From Mytilus trossulus (taxonomy: Eukaryota), in the NCBI RefSeq assembly GCF_036588685.1, contig NC_086376.1, forward strand, positions 93,041,630-93,105,629: a stretch of 64,000 nt of DNA. The letters are read 5' to 3'. Below, piece after piece: positions 13,601-27,281 of this stretch. Both the position numbers and the translations under genes were made by a program. The notes beneath the pieces were generated by a model. It had not been told where the DNA came from, ran no database searches, and worked only from the letters and a program-made list of their open reading frames with translations. The first letter of the stretch is position 1, and every line of letters begins with the position of its first letter.

Positions 13601-16600
13601 CATATTCTTGTTCATTGTGTAACAATTATAAATGCATAAAATTTAAAATACAATAATTGTATATTTTATCAAATTTTAGAAGATTTGCTGAATGAAAAAC
13701 TATATCTAGGAATATGGGTCATTATTCAAATATTTTTTTAAATACAATTGAAAGATATATTTGTATTTGAGTAAAACACTACAGTGTCATATCTTCTTAA
13801 TTCTGAGCAAAAATTCATATAACTGCATAAGATCCTGAGGTAGGTATGTTCTAGGGTAGATCCTGAGGTAGGTATGTTCTAGGGTAGATCCTGAGGTAGG
13901 TATGTTCTAGGGTAGATCCTGAGGTAGGTATGTTCTAGGGTAGATCCTGAGGTAGGTATGTTCTAGGGTAGATCCTGAGGTAGGTATGTTCTAGGGTAGA
14001 TCCTGAGGTAGGTATGTTCTAGGGTAGATCCTGAGGTAGGTATGTTCGGTAGATCCTGAGGTAGGTATGTTCTAGGGTAGATCCTGAGGTAGGTATGTTC
14101 TAGGGTAGATCCTGAGGTAGGTATGTTCTAGGGTAGATCCTGAGGTAGGTATGTTCTAGGGTAGATCCTGAGGTAGGTATGTTCTAGGGTAGATCCTGAG
14201 GTAGGTATGTTCTAGGGTAGATCCTGAGGTAGGTATGTTCTAGGGTAGATCCTGAGGTAGGTATGTTCTAGGGTAGATCCTGAGGTAGGTATGTTCTAGG
14301 GTAGGATTCCATTCTTATTTCTTTGATCTTGTGTTCTTTAAATTTGTAGAAAGGAAGGGTTGAACTGCCAATGAATTTCATAGACATTTTCGTAGAAATC
14401 ATAGCGAAAAAAAAACAATATAGAAAGATGCACAACCTATGAGTATAATATACTCACTCATCTTCTAAACACTTTGAAGGTTTTAAGTGAAGAACTAACC
14501 AGGGGCTATGATGGTCTCACATGGATATTTGATGCTTTAATTATCTCTCAAGAGTTATTACATTCAAATCTTAACTTTCCATCAAACTGAAGAATATTTC
14601 TAACAACTAGTTAACTAAAACAGTGTGATTTATTAACTATAACATTATCACTTGGAGGTACATTGAGTTCAAATGAAGTAAAACCTTTATCAAAATGCCA
14701 ATCTTATTTCTGATACAACTAATCACCTCTTCATAGATAATAAATACTTGTAAAGCCTCAACATGGATAATCTATTACAGATCGGAACGAAATATGAATG
14801 ATTTATGAAGTTTCTGAAAAAACTACAATTTCTGTCATCTAAATTTTCTACAAATTATGTATTTTTATGTTTTAGATCTACTATAAGATAGAGAAATATA
14901 TATGATAAACCATTTAAACCTTTATCCTCATTTTAATAACAGGGTTAAAAAACTTCTAACACTGATCTTGAGGTCATAAAATTATTGTTAAATCACAATA
15001 AAAATATCAAAATTGACAAGATTAAGGTTTATTTAAAAATCATGGACCCTCAAGGGGCGCATACTCAAAATATAACATTGATCTTGGAATTTTGGGGAAA
15101 CACAAAAACATAACTTTTAATAAAATGGATTGAATTGTATGCCAGCCTACCATTTCACAAAAAATCTTGTGAGAAAAAAAAACCCTCTTAAATTCATGAA
15201 CATTTAAATAACACTAATTAAAGATCAACTTTTTTGGTAAGATTTATTGTTAAAAAAACTATAGTAAGAAATTTCGGTTCTGGAGAGGATCTCTTCACTT
15301 TTCATCCTGATACACTCCTTGTTGTTTGTTTCATTCTTTTTGTACTTAGACTCACATTTTAAAACAATTTGATTGAGAACATGACCAACAAACAGTGAGT
15401 TTAAACAAATGAAAAACATTTTTGTTTATTTTTTAAAATGTCAAATATTTTTTATTTGTAATAAATCATAATTAAAGTGGAAATGTTTCCTGAAATATCA
15501 ATGTTTACTGACAATAATATAAGTCTAGACCTGGTGAATAGGATTTAAATAGGTAATATCCCATTCATGTCAAAATTTAATGCATTTTTATGTGTCATGT
15601 AGAATAGATCATGCATGTAAAATACAACATTCTCAATATAATGAAACACTTTAACTTCTTCTCATAACACATAAGGATTTAATAGAAAGATGTGGGAGGG
15701 ATCCACTCTTACTCTACTTATGAATCAGTATATCCACTTCCCTTTGTGGTAAACACTGCATTAGGTCCGAGTAATGTTTGGAATGTTAACTTTGGTGCAA
15801 TATTACAAATTTCTATTTAATGGGGACTGACGGGTTATTTTCGTTATTTGTGATCAGTGCATTTTCGCTATTGTGATCCGTTTTTCTACAGATTTTTTAT
15901 TTTATTTTTTCGTGATCCGTGATCATGGCAATTAATTTTCTGTGAATCTTGATTGAAAAAAAAAATCAACTCGTGAATTGTGCTGAGACCACCACCCCCT
16001 CCCCCTAATCAGGCCCCTTATTTAAGTTCATGTCAGGTCATTTAGGTTTGATTGTTTAATGCAAGCAAGTCCCATGATTCTTAAAAACAAAGCATAATGA
16101 TAAAATCTAACAGCTGGTCAAGCAAACATCCCATCCATTTAAGTAGAGCTAATTCTTAACTATTTTGTAATTTCAGATTATGCAAATAGAACAATGAAAA
16201 TCATGATAACTTTCAGAAATCATTGTTAACCCATGCATTTTGATCAATCATAAAAAAAAAGTATGAAATATTTTCCACTTCACTTTAATTTCATCCTATT
16301 TTAAATCTAAACTGAGGAGTTGCACGTAGGAATCTTTCAATAGTACTCTAGTACTCATTTAAACAGAAGGAATTGCATCTCTGTAAGAAATCCTTGAGAT
16401 ATTTAGAGATTGTTTTGATACCAAAAACATAATACTTTTTAAGTTTTTATAAAACAGCTTGACAAAACTATTTGCATGAGGTTCAAATCAGTCAATACAG
16501 ATATCATATATCTCTTAATTTTATATGAATTTGGTTAAATAAATAAATTCATATAAAATCTCTTCTTGAGATTTCAAAAATTACCATTTTGTGGTTTACA

Positions 16601-17602
16601 TCTTAAACATCATATTTATAGGTTTGACTATTAAAAATATTGGATTAGGACAATGTTAATTTGTGTTTTTTTGTGGTTGACACAATATTTAAACCATAGA
16701 AAAAAAAAGAAAACTAATAAAATATATTTACTTAAATAAATACTAATATAAACTTTAAAAAGATAAAAAACAAAAAACAAAAAAAAAACCAATATTTAAG
16801 GAAAAGAATGTACCAATTCATTGAAAAGAAAGTCATGAAAGTACTGGAGTATAAAACTTTTTTATTATTAATAAACAAAAGGGCTCAATTTCATTGACTA
16901 AAATTTTACAAAATTTTGTTAGAGACTGCCATCAAATGCTTTATAAATTCATTTATCTGCTCTTTGGTCAGGTTGTTTTCTCTTTGATTCATTCTCCATT
17001 TCCATTCTCAATTTTATTATTTTAGTCCAACCAGGAATGTTGTTAAGAAACATAGTTATATAGAATATATGATTGAAAATTTGATAAATAAATTTTAGAA
17101 CTGATTTTTTTTTCATTGAAGAATTAAATGCAAAAGTCATACAGAAGGATATATTTAAAGGCACAGTTACAAAAATGTACCTAAATATGCTGTATACACA
17201 CAGCAGGATTTGCAGATGAAAACCTTTGTTAGCTTTAGATGAAGTTGTTGTTGGGTTGCTGTTTCATAGCAATATAAGAATAAATGTATTTTATATAAAT
17301 TATTTCAGTTTCCTTAAAATGCTTAACGTTCAGTGACAAATATTTCAAACTATATTAAGAAGATATAACCCTTTAAAATTAAGGGTGATACTTTGAAAAT
17401 TGAGATAGAAATGCATTTTTCTCTATTGTGCATCAGTTATAACAAAATAGAATTATTCCTATACTAAATTCTAAATAAAAATAATATAAATTCATACCGT
17501 TTCTTTAGCGACTTCCCATTTATATTTATCAGTATTATTTAGATATTCTTGAAGTTCTTCTGCAACCTTTGAAGCCTTGTCACGATAGTCCTCTGTCGTC
17601 AT
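1696..17602 (-). CDS. START-domain lipid-transfer protein, STARD4/5/6-like; partial (first 4 coding exons, remainder left of the window)
   Basis: Exons 17602-17498 (MTTEDYRDKASKVAEELQEYLNNTDKYKWEVAKET), 11590-11541 (KDFKISCVKSEYFSGHL), 8059-7927 (YKGEAEYNVPPKTVFEYVEPLPEGPRMKWDKNM...) and 1810-1696 (DLRLNRACTSSACMGLISPRDFVDLIV...STN). All have AG/GT boundaries and consistent phases (0,2,0,1). 'R.KWD' and 'LISPRDFVD' are START-domain hallmarks. Confidence 0.9.
2090..2283. mobile_element. PIF/Harbinger-like MITE (similar elements at ~18352-18600, 38564-38819 and 54707-54971)
   Basis: AGGGAGCAACCATTTAACTTC ... GAAGTTAAATGGTCATTCCCT with TWA-type flanks. Confidence 0.55.
3058..3150. repeat. Degenerate (TGGAG)n pentamer microsatellite
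   Basis: GAGTGGATTGGATTGGAGTGGAGTGGAG... Confidence 0.7.
6178..6934. repeat. 48-bp minisatellite, ~16 copies
   Basis: Unit TCTTCAGCAATGACAGTGTACACTTTTGTAATCTCTGAACTACAATCA; explains the four overlapping repetitive ORFs. Confidence 0.97.
10944..11408. repeat. 17-bp minisatellite, ~27 copies
   Basis: Unit GCAAGACAAACA(C/T)GAAA. Confidence 0.95.
13831..14303. repeat. 28-bp minisatellite, 17 copies
   Basis: Unit GATCCTGAGGTAGGTATGTTCTAGGGTA; the units are identical except one 25-bp unit at 14027. Confidence 0.97.
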
Positions 17603-17965
17603 CTTCAGTTAGCCTTGACTAGTGTCGATATAACTTCTTCAGCATTCAACACCTTTTCACGTGTTACCGGTGCTGTCAAATAAATAATATGAAGTCATGT
17701 GACTTTATAACCCACTTTAAGGAGAAACTAATTTATCAATGTGATTTAAAAAAAAACTTTTGTGGATGTTTTGGATTTAAAATTATTCTAAATATCTGTT
17801 TCCAATACGAATTTGTTAGCTACTCTCTAATGCATTGACATTTTACAGTTTAAAAATGTTGAATTTCATTTGTAAAATAATTCTCCCTAACCGGAAGTAA
17901 ATAAGAATCAATACACATGCGCATGCAGACGAAGTATTTCACGAAAATTAGAAACTGCAAAGGCA
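17603..17965. promoter_or_regulatory. Bidirectional promoter between the START gene and HAX1
   Basis: 363 bp separate the divergent ATGs. ETS/GABP motif CCGGAAGT at 17891-17898 and NRF1-like TGCGCATGCA at 17918-17927. Confidence 0.7.
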
Positions 17966-20900
17966 ATGAATATCAACGACTTTTTCAAGTCTTTCTTCGG
18001 TTTTAAAAGTTCCAAAGATCATCATCCATTTGCAGGAAACAAGTATGTATTTTGAAATCCAGGGATCAGCTCTACATACGAACGAATATGATGCACAATC
18101 ATAATATGTTATTTTGTTATGAACATCTGGAACACAAAAGTCAAAACGCAAAAGAACATTACTATACATTCGGGGTTTTCTTTTATGCTAGCTTTGATAA
18201 GTAAATGAAATATCGTCCAAGAAATACACGTCAATGCATTGATCAATATTCTGAAAGGGTAATGTTACTAATCTAACACGATATACTGAAAATTTTACAT
18301 GTCTTGCATCATTTATTAATTTTCACCCAAGTCACAACCAGGAAGGTCATTAGGCAGCAACCATTTGATTTTCTGGGGGGTGGGGGTTGAGGGGGCTATG
18401 GATTTTTTTCTGGACAAACTTTTTTTTCCGCCTGTTGCGAAAAACATTTTTTTTTTTCCACGTCAAGTCGAAAATATTTTTTATGCTCAATTTTAGCATT
18501 ACATATAGTGGCAGCTGAGGGTGAAACAAACATTCTATTTTGCTCAGGATCAAAAACAAATTATTTTTTTCTCCAAAAACTGGAAACAAACTTTTTTTTC
18601 TTCAAAATAATCTACAGTCTGAGAACTCCTTAAATTCCAGATGTACCTAGTTTTAATTTGTAAATAATGTTCCTGTAAATAGTTACTTCTGTTTTTATGA
18701 ATTGAGGAGGGAAGGCCTCATGATTTCAAGACACAAGCAAGAGTCATGTATATACACTCAAAAAGAGTCCGACTCTGTGCTAATAGAAGAAGAAGAAGAA
18801 GGCTATTTAATTTTTTTCTGGGACAATTTTTTATTTTTTTTATTTATTTATTTTGTTTATTTTGTTTTATGGAAATTTTATGGGAACTCGTAGGCCCTCA
18901 ATTTAACCTGAGATGGATGCACTCATCACATATATAGTCAAACTCATAACAGTGTATCCCAAACTCTGTCTGGCCAACAACAAATTATTCCGTCAGACAG
19001 AACTTTTAGGATGTTTTGGTCGAATATATAGAAAAATTTCTGTTTCAGTCAGACATACCCTAAAACAGTTTGGCACAGTGTCAGGCACAGACTGTCATTA
19101 GTTGAAAAAATGACAATGGCATGACAAAAAAAAACACAAAAAGAGAAACAACATTCTATAAACTTAAGACTGATCTTCCTAAACCTCAAGAAAAAAATAT
19201 GAAGGGTTAGCTGTAAATAGCTGTAAATAACAGATCCTGCTCCACATGCTACACCATTAACTAATGGCAGACTAATTTTGATAGGTTATAAATGAAAATA
19301 CATTTTATAAATAAATTAGGTACACATGTATACCATTATTCCCTTGGTGGTGCTTCAATAGATGAATAACTATATTATTAGATTCAAGACTCTAATTTAG
19401 GCATGGATTTGTCTCAAGTTAAATTTAGTTTGAAGCATGAAATGAATATTAAAGGGATTTTTTTTTATTTATTGCTATTTTGGTAAGACCAAAATGTTGT
19501 TCCTAGTAATAATGAAACAATACTTAATTTTCTGCAAGATTTTCTCCAATGGTTATCAACCACCCTGCAAAGAGATGACACATTTTGAGCACTTCACATG
19601 GCAAGACTGCACATTTTCATGCCACTATATGTGTTTTTAAACTGTTCTAGCCATCAACATTTCCAAAAACAGCTATTAAACCTGTACAATATATGTCAGA
19701 AAACAGCTGAGATGTTTTATATAAATATTTGTGTAGATAGAGTTATCTCCCATATCCTTTTAACACTTTCTGATATGTTTTTCTCAGTCTGAACCAAAAT
19801 CTTTTCCAACTCCATTTTTTTCAAGATTGTGTCTTAACAAATAATTATGTAAATACTGACTAGTTCAATTAAAGTTTTGCTGGTCTTTGGCATAGAACTA
19901 GTGGCTTATGGTGCGCTCAGACTGTTTTCTGATGTATTATAAATTTTCTCATCATATCATATTTAAACAAATTGCTTAATTTTAAGTGAAAGAAAATTCA
20001 ATATATCGTCCCTAGGAACAAGGTTGCTCAGAAAAATGTATACTGCCCTGTTTATTAGTTACATGAAGTTTCTGTGAAACAAAATTTATATTTAAACAAA
20101 TTATTTTGAAAAGAAAGTAGAGTTACCTCCCATTTGAGACAGAAATGAATACAAGGAATTATTGTCATACATTGTAATATGAAAATTCATCAAATAAAAA
20201 AGTTAAATAAAAATTTAAAAATAATGAATAGAAATATTAATACAAGCAATATTAAAGGCATCTTTTTAGATGATATCATTGTCTATTTGGCAACTAAAGA
20301 ATTTAGTGGGAATTCCTTTTAAATGTACTATTAAATCTTCAATCAATGAACAGAAATATAACAATGTGCAATTTCTCTAAATTGTTTTTTACTTGAAGCA
20401 GTACTACTACCTGGGCAGACTAAGGATGTTACAAATCTTTGATATGATTGCATCACAATCTCTTGTCTAAACATGTATATGACATAGACAATAAATTTAT
20501 TTATGGAGATGAACTCAATCTTTCCCTATACATTTATATGATATACTTTTCACTTGCAAATTATTTATTTTTCTATTTCAGTATTTGGGATGATGATGGT
20601 AATGATGATGAAGATGACCATGGAACGTTTTTCTTTCACTTTGATTTAAATCGTCAGATGGAGAGCATGCAAAGAGAAATGGAGGATATGTTTCGAAATT
20701 TTGGTGCTGTAGAATTTTCACCAGGTGATTATAGCATAAACACATGATCTTGTCAATGATAACCAAGAATTTTTTAATCTGTTTTGACATGAACATTTTT
20801 TTTCAAATCAACACTGTCTTGATAAAAGTTCCTGCCTGAAATGATTAAATTGTGCATGCACTGTTTTTAAGGTCTTTCCTCTCCGCGAGGAAAGACCTTA

Positions 20901-23900
20901 TTGTTGTTTTTTGCATGTTTTTTTTTTTTTTTTTTTTTTTTTTTTCATCCAGCATTTGTTTGACATGGCCTCCCCTCGTTTCTATTGGAGTTATCAAGAC
21001 CAAATATGGACCATCGGTAGACCTCATTATGAGGTATTACCAGATGAGGCTGTGTATGATTTCATCATCCCCTTTATAAGTTATCTCCCTTTTATTGGTT
21101 TTTTTCGACATGGCCCCCCCTCGTTGTTTTTGAAGATATCATGACTTTATTTAGACAATAGTTAGATCTCATCATGATGTGTTACCATATGAGGCTGCTA
21201 AGGATTTCATCATTCCCTATGAGAGTTATGTCCCCTTCCAAACAATTTCTTTCTTTTACATTTTTCTCAAAAAGTATTTAAGATAGAATCCATTTGAAAA
21301 CGGCAACATGTACAAGACCAGATGGCAATGTTAATTAACATATACACTCATTTTGTTGTTAACCCTTATAAGGAGTTATTTCCCTTAAAAAAATATCCAC
21401 AATTTTTGAAAAACAAAATTGTATCTCGAGAACCGGAAGTCGTAAAGACTTGGGACCTACACCAATAATCTTAAGTTCATATGACCTTTAATTTGCACCC
21501 AAGGTCAAAGGTCACCGAGTGCAAAAAAAAATTACGCTGCAATTTTAAGCTTCCATATTAAGAAAACGATAAGAGTTTGCTGCATACTTACAGCGTATAA
21601 AATGTTCCTCTCAACGAGCTCTACATTTTATACACTGAGCTCAAAAGAGTCCGACCGTCTGTTCAAAAGTTACGACGGGATGATTCTTAAAAGTATAGTA
21701 TTGTGTGTATATCTTTTTAAAGTTAACAGATATCAACCTACTATAAACTTAAAAGATGATCAGTAGTTCAAGACCTTCAATTTGAGGTCAATGTCAGGTC
21801 ATGATGAAATTTCACCTTGACCTTCACATTATACTATGACCTTGACCTTGTGATATTTAAAAGGTCAAGTGGTCCTGAGTTGAATGGTGATAGTCCCATG
21901 TCTTTACGACTTCCGGTTCTCAAGTTTTGTATTGCATCATATATTTGATGATTAATTGTGACCTTAGTGAACTTTAAAATTGTCTTAATTCTTTTTCTAT
22001 AATGTTGTCCTTTAACTGTAGATCATTTATCATTTAACAGATTTGAGATATCTATTGTCGTTTTAGAGATAATGCAGTTTTAAGTTTTGCGAGCGGAGGC
22101 ATGTATTTCTGAATCATCAAGAGCTTACCACTTAAAATGTTTAAGAAATTGAAGAGGTTGACATAGTTATATGTTTGACCAAATACCAAAAACATTCCAT
22201 GGAAAAAAAACACCAAAAATTCAATTTGAAATTTTCATGTTTTGCATTGACTTTGTAAGTTTCATAATTTCTATTTATATAGTTGATATTGCATCATTAT
22301 TTGCACTTTGTCAAATGGGGTCATCTGATATATCAAATTGAAGGTCTTAATAAACTCTACTTAAAAATGAAAATTTGAAACCCCCTTTTCATCCAAGGGA
22401 GACGGGTGGGGTCATTTAGTGCAAACATTTAAATTTCTCAGATGGTAAGGTTGTCACATATCAAATGAAAGAACATAAAGCGAACATTTCAAATTTCAAA
22501 TTGACGTCTCCCAAAAATGAGTTGGATGGGGTCATTGAGTGCAAAAAATAAATGTTCTTTTAAGGTAGGGTTGTTGTATATCAAATGAAAGGTCATGATG
22601 TGTACATTTCAAATAGCAAATTCCTGACCTCCAAAAATTAGTAAGATAGGGTTATTGAGTGCAAAAATCAAACTTTCTAGAATATGGCGTTGTCGCATAT
22701 CAAATGAAAGCTCATCTACTCTATGTTACATATATAATAATTCCGATCTCAAAAATGTAGGCGGATGAGGTCATTAAGTGATAAAAGTAAAAAGTTTCAG
22801 AAGGTATGCTTGTCGTATATCAAACGAAAGGTCGTACAAAGTACATTATGAAAGCATCACTTTTACAGGAAAGACCTTTCAATTGTTTTACAAACAATTG
22901 AGATACTAGTCTTTATATGTTGTTGTTCTTAAAAAAAATTGATAAACTTTTTTATCTCAGGTTCACAGCTTCCAGAAGCAAGAGATCCTCAAAATCCAAG
23001 AGATCAGATGTTAAAAGACAATGAACACAAAGAGGAAATGTTCTTTCAACCTCGTCTACCATTTGCACCTGAGTCGAGAACCCAGCAGAATCCAAGAGAT
23101 CAAATGTTAAAAGACCATGAAGAAAAAAAAGAGTCAAAGCCATATTTTATACAACCCTTTTCTCCTGTAATTATTTGGCGTCATTTTTTCTTATTGTCAA
23201 TTACTGAAACGGACTATACATAATTATAAAGATGGTCTGAGATTTTTAGAACAATTGCAACATGAATAAAATTTATTAATAATTTATTGCATATTTGATG
23301 TCTGAAATGGTTATAAAACTTCCAAATTTAGTTTTGTTACCTGTTTTTGTAAGTAATATTTTTTTTATTTTTTTTTGTAATTCAAAAACTTATTTGTCAT
23401 CAAATCATATAAAGATTTGTGACACAATTAGCAATACATGATAAACATCAACAAGAAATAAACCAAAAAATATGGAAAAATGTCCTTAGATAGTATATAA
23501 ATCGAAAACTTCTATTCATATATTCAGGATGTTATCTACTCTGTGGTAGGACATTTTGATATTTTTTCAAGTAAGAGCAACTTAAAGACATTTAATAATA
23601 CATTGCAATGCTTTCAATAAATGGAAATGGGGAATTTGTCAAAGAGACAACAACCCGACCATAGAAAAAAACAACAGCAGAAGGTCAATTTGGGAAAGAA
23701 AAATTTGCATAATTTCTTGTGCTTGAAATTTTAAATGAATTCCATGTTTATGCTGTATTATAATGTTCTGTGCGACACACACAACTTTCCAATACAAAGA
23801 AGATAGAACATTTTCAATAGAATGTACTGTGCTGCGCACAACATTATCTATACAAAATACATTGTGTGGAAAGTGTTATGCAATGCTCAAAACATTATAA

Positions 23901-26871
23901 TACAGATTACACATGGAATTTTTCAAAAATTTCCAACACAAGAAATTATGCAAATTCCATAATTAAAAATAATTCCAAGTTCAAATAATAGCTTGTTAAA
24001 TGTTGTTTTGCTAATTAGTTGTATTGTTAATGCTTTGCTATCAATATGATAGGCTTTAAAATGCAGGCGTTATAGAAGAATTGTATTGTAAAGATTTATT
24101 TTGTATTATAGTTCAGATCTCCATTCAGTCCAAGATTACCTGTTACAGGAAAGAGGGAAGATTCAGGTAAATAAAAACCTAATGTACTGTAAATTTAGAA
24201 ATTATTGCATGTATTTATTATTGAAAACTTTGCAGAATGATCCTAAATTGGAGGTTAATTTGTTACACTTTTAGGAAAATCTGAATTTATATTTATCAGA
24301 TATCAGAATGCAAGTTTGTATTTTTTTGAAAATCATTCAGTTGCATTATTTGTATTTATAAAAACCTTACAATAATTTCTGAAGTGTAAGTTTTCCCTCA
24401 ATTTTAAAATGTCTGGATTAAATTGCAAGGATTCAGTAAGTTTTGAGTTTTCATAGCAAAATTTGAAATCTGAAATTTATGTTTTGTCTTTGTTTCTTAT
24501 GTAGTTATAATCTTCTCAAACTAGTGACTGATAGGAGTGCAATTAAAAACTTTTCAATCATTGAAAAAAAAATGGAAATTCAGATTTAAAACACTGAAAA
24601 TTAAACAGAAGAAAGTTATTTAAATATTGTATTTATTATTTATAGATACTATGAAACTATTTAAGAACCTTAATTCAAAGTATGAAGATATTTGTATCTT
24701 TGTAGATGTGGATGGAAAGCTTGGAGTAGATGATGTTGCTAAACTCTTTGATAATCCAAAGTCACAGCCAGAGTTCAGGATGGAACAACCAAAATCCTTT
24801 TCTTTTAATCGAAGCTTTTCATTTACAACATCAAGAGGCCCAGATGGGGTATGTCAATTTTCATATATATATATATATGAATATGTGCAGTTAAAAAGAT
24901 ATTTCTTTCAGGTGTTAAAAAAATACTTTAATTTCATAAAATTTGGTCAAAAGATTTACTTTGGCCCTTTTACAAAAATATAAAAATTTCAGACAACTTA
25001 TAGCATTTTGACAAACACTTATTTTAATCATTGGGAAGCATAATATTTCCTTAATAAAATTGAAAAGGAAACGGGGAATATGTCAAAGAGATAACAACCC
25101 GACAAAAGAGCAGACAGAAGCTGAAGGCCACTAATGTGTCCACAACGTAGCCAGAAAATCCTGCACCTGGAATTAAACAATGGAACATCATTTGTATAGA
25201 GTTATCTCCCTTGATGTGTTGATATCTTTATACATTGTATTATTTATATTTTGTAACTTAAACAAGAAACTGACCAAAAAGTTAAGATAAAAAGAATAAA
25301 AGAAGGTCAAAATCTACCAAAGTGTGAGAGCAATAAAACATCATCATTGCTATCTGACAATTATTGTGATTTAGTCCAGAAATGAAGTCATTGTTTGAAT
25401 ACCAATTTCAAGAAAAGTTTTGTTATTGTAATGTTACATACAGTTTTCAACCTGGTTTTTCTATATTTTATAGTTATGTAAAGTTTGATCCATTTAAATT
25501 CTGAGTTCTCAGGTTATATATCCTGATGTTTTATATGTTGTGATTACAGAGAGTAGAACAGAGGAAGACAGTGAGAGATGGAGATGGGAATGAAGAAGTG
25601 ACAGTTACCAGATCTATAGGGGACCAGTCACATTCTGTCACTATAAAGAAAGATAAAGCTGGTGTGGAGGAAAAGATTGAAAATTTTAACAATATTGATG
25701 ACAGTTAGTATTTATTATTATAATGGCTATTCCAGAAAAAATAATAATGTAGGATTGGAAGGCTCTTATATTTTTTTGTATTGGTTGGGAAAGGTCACAA
25801 AGTTTAGACTGTGTGGTTATGTATACAAAGTGCAATTGTATGGGTGATGGACATCACAAAAAAGTGCCTTCCAACCTCTGGTATTGTTATTTCTGTAATA
25901 GCCCTAATGTGCACTGTTAAAGTAAGAGAAAGTCAATCATGTTTGTCGTTGGAAGTATTAAAATGACAAAAAAAACTTGAATAGGATAAGAGGTAACACA
26001 GAAGTGTTAAACATAAAAATACAAATATATACTAGAAAGAAGAAGAAAAATATTGTACTATTATACATCAACACTATCCAAGATGATGTATTCTTTTCAC
26101 GGCTAATGTTAGACAAATGGTTCTTTAAACTGCAATTAAACAAGGGGCTGTCACAACGACAGCAAACCGGATTTATTTACATTTATTTGTGTGCTGGCAA
26201 TATCAAAAGAACCATTACTGATAAATGGTGAAAGTGAAAATCATCAATATCAAATTTGACCTCAATTTTGTAGTCAGTATCAACATATTAAAATTTGAAA
26301 AGCTTAGATTGAATGGTTCATGAGTAAATGCAACGTGAATGGAAACGCCATTTTACGATCTTACAAGAACCATAACTCCTGAACGGTAAAAGTCAAAATC
26401 GTCATTATTGAACTTGATCTTCATTTTGTCATCAGTAACCACATATAAAAATTTCAAAAGCTTTGGTCCAACGGTTCATGAGAAAATGCAGACAACATTT
26501 GATTCCCGGCTGCTCGCCGTACATCCCCAAATCAATAATCGACATTTTTGTCACAATTTTTGTCACAAAAATCCGGTTAAAAATAAGCAAATGCTAAATA
26601 TTTAGGTTTGATTTTAGCAAATTGACATTTTCCAGCTTGAATTAAAGCTAATTTGACATTTTTCCTCATCCTTCTTCTCTTTACAGAGGATATCAATAAA
26701 TTCAACAGAACTTGGAAATCTCAGCCACAACCATCATTGCCTGAATCTAAAGGAGATCAAATGATCAGAGACAACCATCCAGATTTGAGAGACAATATCC
26801 CAGTGATTAAAGACAGCACAGATGCATCACTGTTCCATAAATTCTTTGATGGTTGGTTTAAACCAAAGTAG
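17966..26871 (+). CDS. HAX1: HCLS1-associated protein X-1 (HAX1), 7 exons, 320 aa
   Basis: Exons 17966-18042, 20582-20724, 22961-23166, 24112-24166, 24706-24848, 25550-25703 and 26687-26871 total 963 nt with compatible phases. Diagnostic motifs: N-terminal 'DFFKSFFGF', an acidic patch, 'RDQMLK', 'PDGRVEQRKTVRDGDGNEEVTVTR' and C-terminal 'FFDGWFKPK'. AATAAA at ~27118. Confidence 0.93.
20864..22912 (+). mobile_element. Non-autonomous Helentron (HINE/DINE-1-like) in HAX1 intron 2
   Basis: 5' subTIR hairpin AGGTCTTTCCT...AGGAAAGACCT; 3' AGGAAAGACCT plus palindrome CAATTGTTTTACAAACAATTG; T-rich insertion site; internal ~120-bp tandem repeats at ~22410-22850. Confidence 0.75.
23702..23957. mobile_element. 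Hairpin MITE in HAX1 intron 3
   Basis: AATTTGCATAATTTCTTGTG...CTGTATTATAATGTT mirrored by AACATTATAATACAG...CACAAGAAATTATGCAAATT. Confidence 0.7.
26138..26583 (-). mobile_element. HINE-like non-autonomous Helentron
   Basis: AACAAG + hairpin GCTGTC..GACAGC + AACCGGATT at one end, and AATCCGGTTAAAAA at the other. Confidence 0.6.
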
Positions 26872-27281
26872 ACCTGTAAAATATGTCCTATACCAGATTG
26901 AAACAGAAATTTAACATCTCAAATGACTTGCTGATATATGTACATCTGCTGATGTACATGCTGTTTCATACTTTACATAAACCATTGTCTTTCAGTTTTA
27001 ATTTTCAAATGTATGGTATCAATAACGTTTTTTGTTTTGTTTGATTAAACTTGCTATCGGCAAAGTAGATGCATAAGACTCCTTGTTTCACATGTCAATG
27101 TGACTGAGTGTTTTTAAAATAAAGCATATTGTATACTTGTATTGTGAACATGTTTTATAATTCAAGGTTGACACTATATGGTATTGTTCGCAAAATAACC
27201 AAATTCATTGTTTCAACATTGAATTTAAATGTAATCAAATTTGGAAAATTAATATTTTCATCTCATTACATCATCTAGTAG

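Noticed and set aside
13831-14303. CRISPR-like array
   Set aside because: Units are directly adjacent with no unique spacers; eukaryotic context and no cas genes.
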